This document shows, piece after piece, positions 51,280 to 61,626 of a stretch of DNA of 64,000 nt (position 1 is the first letter of the stretch; the number at the start of each line of letters is the position of its first letter). The notes under the pieces are model-generated. The model saw only the letters and a list, made by a program, of their open reading frames with translations, was not told where the DNA came from and made no database searches. The stretch comes from Alphaproteobacteria bacterium. Its GTDB lineage: Bacteria > Pseudomonadota > Alphaproteobacteria > Bin95. The stretch spans positions 1,536,001 through 1,600,000 of the forward strand of contig OZ219787.1 of the NCBI GenBank assembly GCA_964291285.2. The letters run 5' to 3'. The position numbers and the translations under genes are program-made.

Positions 51280-52278
51280 TTACACCCCTGAGGGCTCCGG
51301 CCGGTTGGTGAAGTCGTATGTGACGCCGATCTGGTCGAGCGAGGTGGCCAGCCTGTCCGCATCCACACCGCCGAAGCCGTTCTGCTTCACCTCGTCGGTC
51401 ACGATATTGTCGCGGATCGCCATCTTGAGCCGTGCGAGCTCAAGCGCTTCGTCCGCGATCTCGTTGCGCTCCATGACGGACTTGATCGCGGTTTCGGGGT
51501 CGGCTACGGCGGCCTGCACGTCCTTGATGGTCGCGGCGACGAAGCCCCTGACGACTTCCGGGTTGGCCTTCGCATAGTCCGTGTTGACCATGATCGCGTT
51601 GCCGTAAAGCTTCAGCCCGTAGTCCGCCATCATCATGACCTTCACGTCTTCCGGCGCGACGCCGTTGCGGATCAGGTTGAAGTGGGACGAGAAGGAATAG
51701 CCGGTGATGGCATCGACCTCGCCGCGGGCCAGCATCGGCTCGCGCACCGGGAAGCCGACATTCTCGATCTGCACCTTGGAGGCGTCGATGCCGTTTTCCT
51801 TCACGAAGGCTTTCCACTGGGCGTAGGCCCCGTCCGGCGCCGGCGCGCCGAGGATGCGGCCTTCGAGGTCCCTGGGCTTGAGCACGCCGCGTTCCGCCGT
51901 CGAGACGATGGCGAAGGGCGGGCGGTTATAGACCATCAGCACGGCGGTCACGGGCGAGCCCGGGTTCTGGTCGAGGAACTTGGCGAGCGAGTTGATGTCC
52001 ATGAAGCCGACGGGATAGGTCCCGGCGGCGATGCGGGTGATGCCCTTCACGGAGCCGGGGCCCGAGTCGATGGTGACATCGAGGCCCTCGGCGGCGTAGT
52101 AGCCCTTGTCGATGGCGACGAAATAGGGCGCCGACGGGCCTTCGAATTTCCAGTCGAGCGCGAACTTGACGGCGGTTTCCGCGCCCGCGCCGTGGGCCGA
52201 GAGCGCCAGCGCGGCGGCCGAGAGGAGCGCGGCGCACCCGCGGCCCGGTCGGGGAAGGCGAAGACAGCGTGACATCAT
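51280..52278 (-). CDS. NMT1/THI5-like ABC substrate-binding protein, C-terminus truncated by element 2
   Basis: FALDWKFEGP and LYGNAI motifs; ends PEPS-GV* where the element begins. Confidence 0.9.
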   Translation of the reverse strand: MMSRCLRLPRPGRGCAALLSAAALALSAHGAGAETAVKFALDWKFEGPSAPYFVAIDKGYYAAEGLDVTIDSGPGSVKGITRIAAGTYPVGFMDINSLAKFLDQNPGSPVTAVLMVYNRPPFAIVSTAERGVLKPRDLEGRILGAPAPDGAYAQWKAFVKENGIDASKVQIENVGFPVREPMLARGEVDAITGYSFSSHFNLIRNGVAPEDVKVMMMADYGLKLYGNAIMVNTDYAKANPEVVRGFVAATIKDVQAAVADPETAIKSVMERNEIADEALELARLKMAIRDNIVTDEVKQNGFGGVDADRLATSLDQIGVTYDFTNRPEPSGV

Positions 52279-52748
52279 GGGTTTCGTTCTCCCGTTCTGT
52301 GAAGCTGCGCGCAACGCCTCGACGCCGCACGTCGCAAATGAACCTTGCAGGGCCCGCGCCGGGGCCTGCCCGCCCGCCGCAAGTCCTTGTCCGGCCGGAC
52401 GCATCATCCTCCGTTCGAGCGCGCGGCGGAAGGCGAAAATCGCATCGGCGCGCCCGATGCGGGTATTTTTTCGTCAGTCTGCCGCATGTGAACTCTTTTT
52501 ATAAATGCGGGGTTGATTTTATATCTGGATAGCCTATGTTCCCTCTCCATGGGTATAAAATGGGAACAAATGGAAAGATGACCTGACGCTGCGAAGCGCG
52601 TGCGGCATGAGCCGCCTTGTGGCGCTACTCGGGATTTCGAAGGGCGAAACCGGCCTCGGGGCCGGACAGGGTAGGTGCGTGCGCCGGCCGCGGGGGTACC
52701 GACCGACCTGTCGTAATTCGGGGTGCGCAGCCTGGCCGGGGAGGGGCG

Positions 52749-53156
52749 ATGACGGAATCGATGAAAAGGCGGTCGCGGGGAAAAGCCTATGGCGAGGATT
52801 TGCGCCGCCGGGCGGCCGCGGCGGTGCTGGAGGAGGGGATGAGTCTGGCGGCGGCGGGTCGCCAGTTCGACGTCCACTGGAGCAGCGTCGGCCGCTGGGT
52901 GAAGCGCTACCGGGAGCGCGGCGACCTGCGGCCCGACCCGAAGGGCGGCGACCTCCGGTCGTGGCGGATCGAGGCGGAGCGGGAACGGATCCACCGCCTG
53001 CTGAAACGGAGGCCGGGGCTCAGCATCCGCGCGCTCCGCGACCGGCTGGCCGCCGAGGGCCTGTCGTTCAGCCCGTCCACCCTGCACCGCTTCCTGAAGC
53101 GCCACGGCCTGGAGCGCGAACGCCGCCCCGCCCGGCAGCGCCGCGAGCGCGGGTAG
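52749..53156 (+). CDS. IS630 transposase-like helix-turn-helix protein without a DDE domain
   Basis: AYGEDLRRR, SSVGRWVKRYRERG and STLHRFLKRHG motifs; stop and no catalytic ORF downstream. Confidence 0.7.
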   Translation: MTESMKRRSRGKAYGEDLRRRAAAAVLEEGMSLAAAGRQFDVHWSSVGRWVKRYRERGDLRPDPKGGDLRSWRIEAERERIHRLLKRRPGLSIRALRDRLAAEGLSFSPSTLHRFLKRHGLERERRPARQRRERG

Positions 53157-53196
53157 CAGCGGTGGACGGAGCGGTAGCGGCGCGTATCGAAGGAGC

Positions 53197-56100
53197 TTAC
53201 CAGCGCAGGCGGGCGTTCAGGGTGAGCGCGTGTTCGGGGCCGGCCGGGCGGTCGGCGCGTTCGGCGGCGAGGGCGAGGTCCGCGCCGGGGCCGAGCGTGA
53301 GGCGCGCGCCCAGGCGGGTGCGGCGCTCCCCGGCGTCCGCGAGGGCGAGGCCCGCATGGGGGGTCAGCAGGCCGCGCCCGCCCAGCACCGCGATGTCGTA
53401 GCCCGCCTCGGCGTCGAGGCGCGGCCGGGCGTCCCGTTCGCTGGCAAGCGCCGCCGCGTCCGCACGCCACAGCTGCTCGACGCCGCCCTCGGGCGCGCCC
53501 ACCGACGGCGCGAGCGAGAGCCTGAGCCCCCGCCCCTCCGCGCCCGGCGCATAGGCCAGCATCGCGCCGCCGCCCCACTCGGAGACCCCGTCGCCGTCCA
53601 GCAGCGCGCGCGCCCGGAGTGAGGCCGACAGACCGTCCGGGCCGGCCCAGGCGACGCCGCCGCCCAGTTCCGCCCCGGTCCCGGTCTCCCCGTCGCCGCC
53701 GTCATGGTGCAGGCCGAGCGACGCAGACGGGCGCAGCCCCGCCTCCGTCTCGTCCCAGGAGGCCTCCAGCGCGAGCCGCATCCGCCACGCCTCGGCCTCC
53801 GCCTCCCGCAGTGCATCGCCGCCGCCGTCGGCCTCGATCCGCGAGCCGAACGCCTCCGCGCGCAGCGCCAGCGCCATGCCGTCCGAGGGCGACGGCAACG
53901 GACCCCGCGCGCCCGCGCCCGCCATCGTCATTTCGAGGTCGGCCTTCTCACCGTCGCCGTCGCGGCGGTCGAGCGTCATGTCGCCCTCGCCCCAGCCGAG
54001 CACGCCCCAGAGGGACAGCCCGCCCGCCGCCTCGATGCGGACATAGGGATGCACCGAGGCGAGCGAGGCGTCGAGGTCGCCCGCCGCCGCGCCGTCCGCC
54101 GTCCGGTACTCGCCGTTGCCGGCGCTGTGCGCGGCCGCCACCCCGGCCAGCAGCCGCCCGCGCCGGATGTCGGCGCCGACCGTGGCGGTCATCGTGTCGC
54201 CGTCGAGCGCAAGGCCGCCTTCGTCCCCGTCGAAGCCCGACAGGTCCACCCGCCCCCAGGCCGTCCAGCCCATGTCCGCTATGCCCTCGCCCTCCGCCGC
54301 CGAGACGCGGAAGGAGGTCCCCGCAAGCAGGTCGCGGGCCACCAGCGCCTGCGCCACCGCAATTCCCCTCTCTCCGCTTGCGGGGAGAGGACGGGTGAGG
54401 GGGCCGGCCGCCAGGCCGGCGGTGCCAACGCCGCCATTCGCAACGTTCGCCGCGTCCAGCGCGGCGGCGGGCGAAGCCCCGCAAGCGGCCGCGCACGCCG
54501 CGAGGCCCTCCCCCGACCCCTCCCGCCGGGCGGGAGGGGGGTTAAGCAAGGCGGCAGGGGAGTAGAGGGAGCGCCCCGCCAGCCTGAGCCGGTCGCGTTG
54601 CCCGGCCGGCTCCGAAAGCCGCGCGCCGACCGCCGCCATCACATGGTCCGCCACGGTCCGCCCGAAGCGGGAGAGCCAGCGCGTCGCCGCCAGCGCCGCC
54701 GGGGCGCTCCGGGCGTGGACCGTCACGGTCCCGGTCAGCGCCGCCGGGCCGCTGTGCGAGGCGGCCGCGGCCGTCACCGTCAGCACGGCGTCGCCCTCCA
54801 GCCCGTCCGCGCCCTCGGGCGTGTAGGAGAGGGTGATCCGCGCCTCGCTGTCGGATACGCGCGCGGCGTCGCGGGCCGTCACGCCCGGCAGGCCGGTTAC
54901 CGTTACCAGGGCCGGATCGCTCCATGTCGCGCCCGCCAGCCGCAGGGTCACGGTCGCATCGTCAACATTGTCCTCCGTCAGCCGCGCCGGCGTTGTCGCG
55001 AGCCGCAGCGCCGCCGTCGGCGATGCCGGGGCGGAGTCGGCCGAGGCCGTCCCGTCCCCGGCGCTGTTGGTGGCGATGACCCGCACGGTGTAGTCCGTGC
55101 CCGCCATCAGGCCGGGGATGGTGTGGCTGGTGCCGGTCGTCTCTGCCTGCCGGTTGTCGGTCGCCGCGTTGGCGAAGGTCTCAGACCCCGACTTCCACTG
55201 CACCCGGTAGCGGGCCGCCCGCGCCGCCGCGTTCCAGCGCACCGCCAGCGCGCCGACGCCCGGCGTCACCGTCACGCCCGCCACCTGCGCCGGCGGCTGT
55301 GTCGGCGTCGGGGGCGGCGGCTGCGGCGGGGGCGTCGTCGTCGTCTGCGCGGTCGCCTCCAGGGTTGCCGACCAGGCGCTGCAATTGGATGTCGCGCTGC
55401 CGTCGGAGCCGCGCTCGCAGAGCCTCAGCCGCATCGCGTAGGCGGCGCCCTCCGTGAGACCGGGATAGGTCGAGGTGTATACGGTGCCCGGGGCGCGCCG
55501 GGCGAGGTCCACGAAAGCGGGAGGGTTGGACCGGCGCGTCCAGGCCGTGGCGGTCGCCAGCCGGTATTCCAGTTGCAGGACGACCCCGTCCGGGAAGTCC
55601 GCGCTGCTGTCGATGCCCGCCGGCATGTCCCAGTCGACCTTGATCTCGGTCGCGGCGGCGGACTTGAAGCGGAGGTTCGCGGGAACGGCAGGGGCCTGCT
55701 GCGCCGCGGCCGTCGTCGTCTCCGTGATCCGGGCGGTCCAGCCGCTCATGCGGTCCTCGTTCACGGCCCGCACCCGGAACTGGTAGGCGGTGCCCGCCGT
55801 CAGCCCGGTCACGTCGGCGGTGGCGGCGGAGGCCGTGTCTTCGTTCGGCCATGTCGCGCCGCCGTCGTCCGGCCCCCACTGGTAGGTGTAGCTCACCGCC
55901 TTGCCGCCGGTCTGCGTCGGCGCGGTCCATCCAAGCGTCACCTGCGTCTCCTGCACGCCCGACGCCGCCAGCCCCGTCGGGATGCCCGGCGGCGCGGCCA
56001 CCGTCCGGATGTCGGACCAGGGGCTGTTGCCGACGGCGTTCATCGCGCGTATGCGGAATTCGGAGGCGGCGGTCACGGATGTCTGCGGTGAGACGGTGGT

Positions 56101-56870
56101 GACGCCGGGTTCCGTATTTCCGATGCTAGACCAAATTGAACTGCCGGCATTCCTCCCCTCCCAGCGGTAGCCGGTGATGGCGCTGCCGCCGTCGTCCGGC
56201 TCGGTCCAGGAGAGGACCGCAAGCTCGTCAGCGGTCGCGTGCGCCGTCGCGGTCAGCACCGGCGCGGCGGGCACGGTCGCCACCCCCGGGTCCACCGGGT
56301 CAATGTCCGCGGTCCTCACCCGCGCCTGCATTGGTGGCTCGTTGCCCGTGAACCAACTGTTCGTGTCGCCGGTCCCGGTGCGCATGGAGCGGATGCGGAA
56401 TTCGTATTCGATATTTTGCGTCAGGCCGTCGTCATCCCGGGTGAGGGTGACGCTGGTGGCCGCGCCGTTATTGACCGTCCTGGTGCCGTCCGCTTCGTTG
56501 GCGCCCGTCCAGTTGCCGGCCTTGGACGACTCCCGCCAGTCGATCCTGAAGCCGTTGATCGTCTCGCCGGTCGCCACCGCGCTCGTGCCCGCGTCCCAGG
56601 TGACCGTGATGGAAACGTCCGAGGTGGACGCCGACGCCGCAAGGCCGGTGGGCGTGGCCGGCCGCTGCGCCTCGGCCGCCGGCGCGAAGGCGAGCAGCGT
56701 GGACAGGGCGAGCAGGAAGACGCCGACTAGGCGGCGGAGGCTTCTCCGAAGTTCACGCCGTACAGAGAAGTGGCTCGGCGCTCGGCGCTAATTATACCGC
56801 GTTCGCCGCGCGCGGTCGCGCCCGCAACGGCCCCGCCCCGCGGCCCGATGCCCGGCATGCCTCCAACCAT
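53197..56870 (-). CDS. Fibronectin type III repeat autotransporter; leader out of frame (main ORF 53197-56577, signal peptide in frame to ~56740)
   Basis: Multiple FN3 repeats (LSWTEPDDGGSAITGY, YQFRVRAVN), WLSRFGRTVA linker and a barrel ending in W. Confidence 0.8.
54365..54541. repeat. Pair of inverted REP-like palindromes inside the autotransporter linker
   Basis: CCCCTCTCTCCGCTTGCGGGGAGAGG...GAGGGG and CCCTCCCCCGACCCCTCCCGCCGGGCGGGAGGGG. Confidence 0.6.
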
Positions 56871-57071
56871 GGAACCCTCCCCCGACGCCAAATCATCGGA
56901 AAATCCATTTTCTCAACATGGACAATTACCATATTTCAGATGAAAGCGCGGACAAACGCTTTCGCAACGCCGCCCCGGCAAGGCCCGCGCGCCGCATTTC
57001 CCCCCGCGGCCCCCGCCCGCCTGCCCCCGCGAAGGCGGGGGTCGCCCCGGCCCCCGAGCCGTGGCCCATGT

Positions 57072-57196
57072 CGTCATCCCGGCCCCCGAGCCGGGACCCG
57101 GACTCTCCCGGCGGCCTCGGCGGCCCGGCCCTGCCTCGACCGGCTGCGGCGGCGCAAACAGTCAGGGATGGCCCCCGGATCAAGTCCGGGGTGACG
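57072..57196. repeat. REP/RPE-like palindromic element
   Basis: CGTCATCCCGG...CCGGGA at the left end and CCCCGGATCAAGTCCGGGGTGACG at the right end. Confidence 0.7.
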
Positions 57197-57321
57197 GTGG
57201 TGTGGCGGGGGTGACGGTTGGGGGGCGCGGGGGCAGGCGGGGCGCGTGCGTTGCGAAACCGCCGGACGCAGATGCGGGTGTGAAGCCGGCAGCCGGTTGC
57301 GGCGGGTTCGGGAGCCTGCCC

Positions 57322-58857
57322 TCAGTCCAGGCGGGTAATCCGTCCCTCGATCGCCGGGGAGACCGTGCCGACGGTCTCGACGAACTCCATCACATGCGCG
57401 GCCATGAAGGAGGAGTCCCTGGCGGCGATGCGCCTCTCGGCCCCCTCGAACATGGCGTAGCGGTCTCCGCCCTTTGCGAGGAAGTCGTTGGTCGCGAGCG
57501 TGTAGGTCCTGTCGTCCTCCAGCGGCGCATCGCCGACGGTTACCTCGACGACCCGCCCGCCCTTCGGCCGGCCGGCGTCGAAGGAGAACGCCAGTCCCGA
57601 CACATGCGGAAAGCGTCCGCCGGCGTTTTCGACCTCCGCGACGCCGTGCTCGAGGGCTGCGCGGACCTCGGCGCCGGTGAGGGCGAGCTTCACGGTCCTG
57701 TTCCCGAACGGCAGTTCCGTCAGCACCAGCTTGCCGGTGATTTCGGAGCCCGCGGGATAGACGGTGTCGCCACGAATGCCGCCGCCATTGGTCAGCGCGA
57801 TGTCCGCGCCGACGGCGGCGCGCATGGCGTCCGCCACCAGATTGCCGAAGGCGTTCTCGCCCGAACGCACCGAAGCGCGGCGGGTGTCGAGCTCCGTCGT
57901 CGTCACTCCGACCGCGATGCCCAGGCTGCTGTCGAGCCGCTTCCGGCGCTTCTCGACGGCCCTGGCGAGCGCGGGCTCGTCCTTCACGCCTTCGGTCGAA
58001 CGCAGTCGGTAATCGGGCGTCCAGACCGGCCGCATGTTTCCGCGCCGGTCTTCCACGCGGTCGAGCGCCAGCCTGAGCACGCCGACATAAGACCCTTGCG
58101 AGCCCGCCTTCAGCACCGTTTGCCGCCCGTCATACCAGGCGAGGGCCAGATGGTCGTGGCCGCCGAGAACGACGTCGATCCCCGCCGACGCGCGCAGAAG
58201 CTCCAGGTCCTGCGCGAGGTCGTTGTGGGTCAGCGCGATCACCAGGTCGGCCCCGGCCTCCCTCAGTTCGGCGGCAAGGGCGGCGCCCGTTTCGACGAAG
58301 GGGGCGAAGGCGACATCCTTGCCCGGAGAGGAAATCTGCGCGGTTTCGGGCGTGACCAGGCCGAGAAAGCCGATCCGGTATCCGCCATGCTCGACGATCT
58401 TCACGGTCCCGGCTCCGGGAAAGCCCGGCCCGCCCCGGTAGCGGACATTGCCGGCGAGCCAGGCCGTCTCCGACTGTGCGAGCCGCTCCCTGAGGACTTC
58501 CGGGCCGAAGTCGAATTCGTGGTTGCCGGGCACCGCGATGTCGAACCCGATGGCGTTCGCAAGCTCGATAATGTGCTCGCCCCTGTCCAGCCCGGAGAGC
58601 AGGGAGGGCGAGATCATGTCGCCGCCGAAGGTGACGATGGCGAGCCCGCCCGCCTTTTCGGCGCGGGCGCGCTCCTCGGAAACGACCGCCGCGATCTTCG
58701 CCGCGCCGCCCCGGCCGTCCACTCCTTCCATCCGGTCCCAGTCGTTCACATGCACGAGCGTCACGGAAAGCGGTTCGGCGCCCGCAGGCGTCCAGATGGC
58801 CGCGGCAAGGACCAGCAGCGCAGCAACAAGGGCGAGCGGACGGCAGGTTCGGGGCAT
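57322..58857 (-). CDS. Periplasmic 5'-nucleotidase/UDP-sugar hydrolase
   Basis: HVND, GGD, GNHEFD, GGHDH and NGGGIR motifs. Confidence 0.93.
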   Translation of the reverse strand: MPRTCRPLALVAALLVLAAAIWTPAGAEPLSVTLVHVNDWDRMEGVDGRGGAAKIAAVVSEERARAEKAGGLAIVTFGGDMISPSLLSGLDRGEHIIELANAIGFDIAVPGNHEFDFGPEVLRERLAQSETAWLAGNVRYRGGPGFPGAGTVKIVEHGGYRIGFLGLVTPETAQISSPGKDVAFAPFVETGAALAAELREAGADLVIALTHNDLAQDLELLRASAGIDVVLGGHDHLALAWYDGRQTVLKAGSQGSYVGVLRLALDRVEDRRGNMRPVWTPDYRLRSTEGVKDEPALARAVEKRRKRLDSSLGIAVGVTTTELDTRRASVRSGENAFGNLVADAMRAAVGADIALTNGGGIRGDTVYPAGSEITGKLVLTELPFGNRTVKLALTGAEVRAALEHGVAEVENAGGRFPHVSGLAFSFDAGRPKGGRVVEVTVGDAPLEDDRTYTLATNDFLAKGGDRYAMFEGAERRIAARDSSFMAAHVMEFVETVGTVSPAIEGRITRLD

Positions 58858-59019
58858 GGGCGGCGGTCCTGTAGAATTGTCAAGGGAAGCGGGCTGCGAA
58901 GCCGTCCGGCGCAATATCATGCCGGCGGCGCGGATGACATCCCGGGCGGCGCCGAATATCGAGACCCTGGAACCGGAGTTTCATGCAATTGTCGGCAGAG
59001 GCGCAAGGAGGCGGCGGCT

Positions 59020-60462
59020 TTGACGGACCGCGATGAACGCCGGGGCGCTCCGGTGCTCATATGGTTCCGGCGCGATCTTCGGCTTGACGATAATCCCGCG
59101 CTGGCCTGGGCTGCGGAAACCGGCAGGCCTGTCATACCCTTTTTCCTGCTCGACGATGAGGAGTGCGGGAGGGGCGGGGCGTCGCGATGGTGGCTGCATG
59201 GAAGCCTGAATGCGCTCGGCGAAGACCTCGCGCGCGCCGGCAGCCGGCTGGTCCTGCGCAGCGGTCCCGCCGGCGAGGCGATTACCGCGCTGGCGGAGGA
59301 GACCGGCGCGGCGGACATCGTCTGGAACCGGCTTTACGAACCGGCCCTCATCAAGCGGGACGAGGACATCGAGGCGCAGTGCCGGCGAACGGGCGCGGCA
59401 TCCCGGTCGTTCAACGCGGCGCTGCTGTTCGAGCCCTGGACCGTCCGCACGCAAACGGGCGGGCATTACCGGGTGTTCACGCCGTTCTGGCGCGCGTGCC
59501 TGAAACAGGGCTTCGAGCCGGCTCGGGGCGCCGTGCGGCGCCTGCCGCCGCCGGCCGACTGGCCCGCAAGCGAAGAACTGGCGAATTGGCGGCTCCGCCC
59601 GACCGCGCCGGACTGGGCCTCCGGCCTGCGGGAGGCCTGGCGGCCGGGCGAGGCGGGCGCCCGTTCGCGTCTCGAACGGTTCCTGGGGAAGCGCGCCTCC
59701 GGCTATGCGGAAGGACGCGAGTTCCCGGCGGGGCAGGGCACCGGGATGCTCTCGCCCTACCTGCATTTCGGCGAGATCGGGCCCCGGCAGGTGGCTGCGG
59801 CGCTCGGCCCGGCCGATCCCGGCAGCGGCGCTTATGCGTTCCTGCGCCAGATCGGCTGGCGCGAGTTCAGCTACCACCTGCTTTACCACAATCCCGACAT
59901 GGGCTCGGTCAATCTCCAGCGCGGCTTCGACCGTATGCCCTGGCGCGAGGACCCCGAGGGCCTGCGGGCCTGGCAGCGCGGCCGCACCGGCTATCCGCTC
60001 GTCGATGCCGGCATGAGGGAGCTCTGGACAACCGGCTGGATGCACAACCGGGTGCGGATGGTCGCCGCGTCCTTCCTGACCAAGCACCTGCTGATTGACT
60101 GGCGGCTCGGCGCCGACTGGTTCCTCGACACGCTCGTCGACGCCGACCTCGCCAACAACAGCGCCGGCTGGCAGTGGGTCGCGGGCAGCGGTGCGGATGC
60201 CGCACCGTATTTCCGCATCTTCAACCCGGTCGCGCAGTCGCGGCGCTTCGACGCCGGAGGCGGCTATCTCCGCAAATGGCTCCCGGAGTTACGGCAATTG
60301 CCGGACAAATGGATCCATGCGCCCTGGGAGGCTCCGGAGACCGTCCTGGCGGAAGCCGGGGTAAGGCCCGGCGAGACCTGGCCCCGTCCCATCGTGGACC
60401 ACAGACCGGCGCGCGAGCGGGCTCTCGACATCTACAGGACCGTCATTCGCGAGGGCGCGTGA
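59020..60462 (+). CDS. phrB: Deoxyribodipyrimidine photolyase
   Basis: WFRRDLRLDDNPAL, LSPYLHFG, GWMHNRVRM and DAAPYFRIFNP motifs. Confidence 0.95.
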   Translation: MTDRDERRGAPVLIWFRRDLRLDDNPALAWAAETGRPVIPFFLLDDEECGRGGASRWWLHGSLNALGEDLARAGSRLVLRSGPAGEAITALAEETGAADIVWNRLYEPALIKRDEDIEAQCRRTGAASRSFNAALLFEPWTVRTQTGGHYRVFTPFWRACLKQGFEPARGAVRRLPPPADWPASEELANWRLRPTAPDWASGLREAWRPGEAGARSRLERFLGKRASGYAEGREFPAGQGTGMLSPYLHFGEIGPRQVAAALGPADPGSGAYAFLRQIGWREFSYHLLYHNPDMGSVNLQRGFDRMPWREDPEGLRAWQRGRTGYPLVDAGMRELWTTGWMHNRVRMVAASFLTKHLLIDWRLGADWFLDTLVDADLANNSAGWQWVAGSGADAAPYFRIFNPVAQSRRFDAGGGYLRKWLPELRQLPDKWIHAPWEAPETVLAEAGVRPGETWPRPIVDHRPARERALDIYRTVIREGA

Positions 60463-60555
60463 CAGCAGCACACGAGGCCAATTCGTCTCTTATGACCGCT
60501 TCGACCATTTTGATTAAAATGTTCGACCTCAGGACGGTAGGGGAGCATCCAGATA

Positions 60556-60849
60556 ATGAAGAAGTGCGTTCCCGTCGCGGAGGCCAGGACGAACTTCGGC
60601 GCGCTTCCGGAGAAAGCGCAGCGCGGGCCGGTCGCGATCTCGAAGAAAGGCCGTCCGGTGGCCGTGTCGATGCCGGCGGACGAATTCGAGGATCGCCGGA
60701 GGTTCACGCTCGAACAACTCCGTCGCGAGGTCAGGGCCGGGCTTGAGGATCTGGAGGCCGGCGAGGTTGTCGACGGCGCCGAAGCATTCGAGGCGGTGAG
60801 GCGTGAGGAGCATGATGTTGCTTCCGGGTCCGAACGAAACCAAGCGTGA
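60556..60849 (+). CDS. Phd/YefM-family antitoxin (no adjacent toxin)
   Basis: AEARTNFG...PVAISKKGRPVAV motif. Confidence 0.75.
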   Translation: MKKCVPVAEARTNFGALPEKAQRGPVAISKKGRPVAVSMPADEFEDRRRFTLEQLRREVRAGLEDLEAGEVVDGAEAFEAVRREEHDVASGSERNQA

Positions 60850-60911
60850 ACTTGCGACCCGGAGTCGTGAGCGGCTGCGCACCCGGCGCTTGTAAGGAAG
60901 AGGCAGCGAGG

Positions 60912-61610
60912 ATGCTTCGCCTGTTCGTCGATGCCGGGCTCCGCGAGGGAGCGTCCGTTTCGCTGGACGGCGGGCAGGCGGCGTGGCTCGGCCGGGTGAT
61001 GCGCCGGCGCGCGGGCGGGCGGTTCGCGGTCTTCAACGGCCGGGACGGGGAATGGGAGGCGGAGATCGCGGCGCTGGAACGCGGCTCGGGGCGGGCGGCG
61101 GTGCTGCGGCGGCTGCGCCCGCAGGCGCCGTCTCCCGATATCCGGCTCGCCTTCGCGCCGGCCAAGCGCGGCAATGCGGACCTTGCCGTGCGCCAGGCGA
61201 CAGAACTCGGCGCCGCGCGCATTCTGCCCGTCGTCTGTGAGCGCGGCGTGGTGGACCGGCTCAATGTGACGCGCCTGCGCCGCATCGCCGTCGAGGCGGC
61301 GGAGCAGTGCGGCCGGCTCGACGTGCCGGAAATCGCGCCGCTTGCGCCCCTGCGCGACCTGCTCGCGGCCTGGCCGGCGGAACGGCCGCTCGCGGCCTGC
61401 CATCCGGGCGGCGGGCCGATGCAGGCGGGTCCGGCGCCGGGCGGTCTTTTGCTCGGGCCGGAAGGCGGCTTTGCAGCGGCGGAACTTGACGCTTTCGCCG
61501 AAACCGGTTTCGTTCGCCTCGTCGATCTCGGCCCGCGTATCCTGCGGGCGGAGACGGCGGTCGTGGCCGCGCTCTCCATGCGCCACGCGATCTGGGGAGA
61601 CGGGGCTTGA
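60912..61610 (+). CDS. rsmE: 16S rRNA m3U1498 methyltransferase
   Basis: ATELG, EAAEQCGR, GPEGGF and LRAETA motifs. Confidence 0.95.
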   Translation: MLRLFVDAGLREGASVSLDGGQAAWLGRVMRRRAGGRFAVFNGRDGEWEAEIAALERGSGRAAVLRRLRPQAPSPDIRLAFAPAKRGNADLAVRQATELGAARILPVVCERGVVDRLNVTRLRRIAVEAAEQCGRLDVPEIAPLAPLRDLLAAWPAERPLAACHPGGGPMQAGPAPGGLLLGPEGGFAAAELDAFAETGFVRLVDLGPRILRAETAVVAALSMRHAIWGDGA

Positions 61611-61626
61611 AGCGAGGGAGCGGCCG

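Larger units (their letters stand above)
43038..51289 (+). mobile_element. Tandem-integrase element 2 (~8.25 kb) carrying Slam, lipoprotein and porin cargo
   Basis: Splits the SBP gene. GAG at both junctions (43035-37, 51290-92). Inverted 11-bp boxes ACTATCTGACA (43055-65) and TGTCAGATAGT (51240-50). Confidence 0.85.

Noticed and set aside
52279-52600. TPP riboswitch upstream of the NMT1/THI5-like SBP
   Set aside because: Conserved aptamer motifs could not be found on the minus strand by eye; an Rfam scan would settle it.
57061-59019. 5' part of the 1133-aa ORF 57061-60462
   Set aside because: Antisense to the 5'-nucleotidase; the photolyase begins at TTG 59020.
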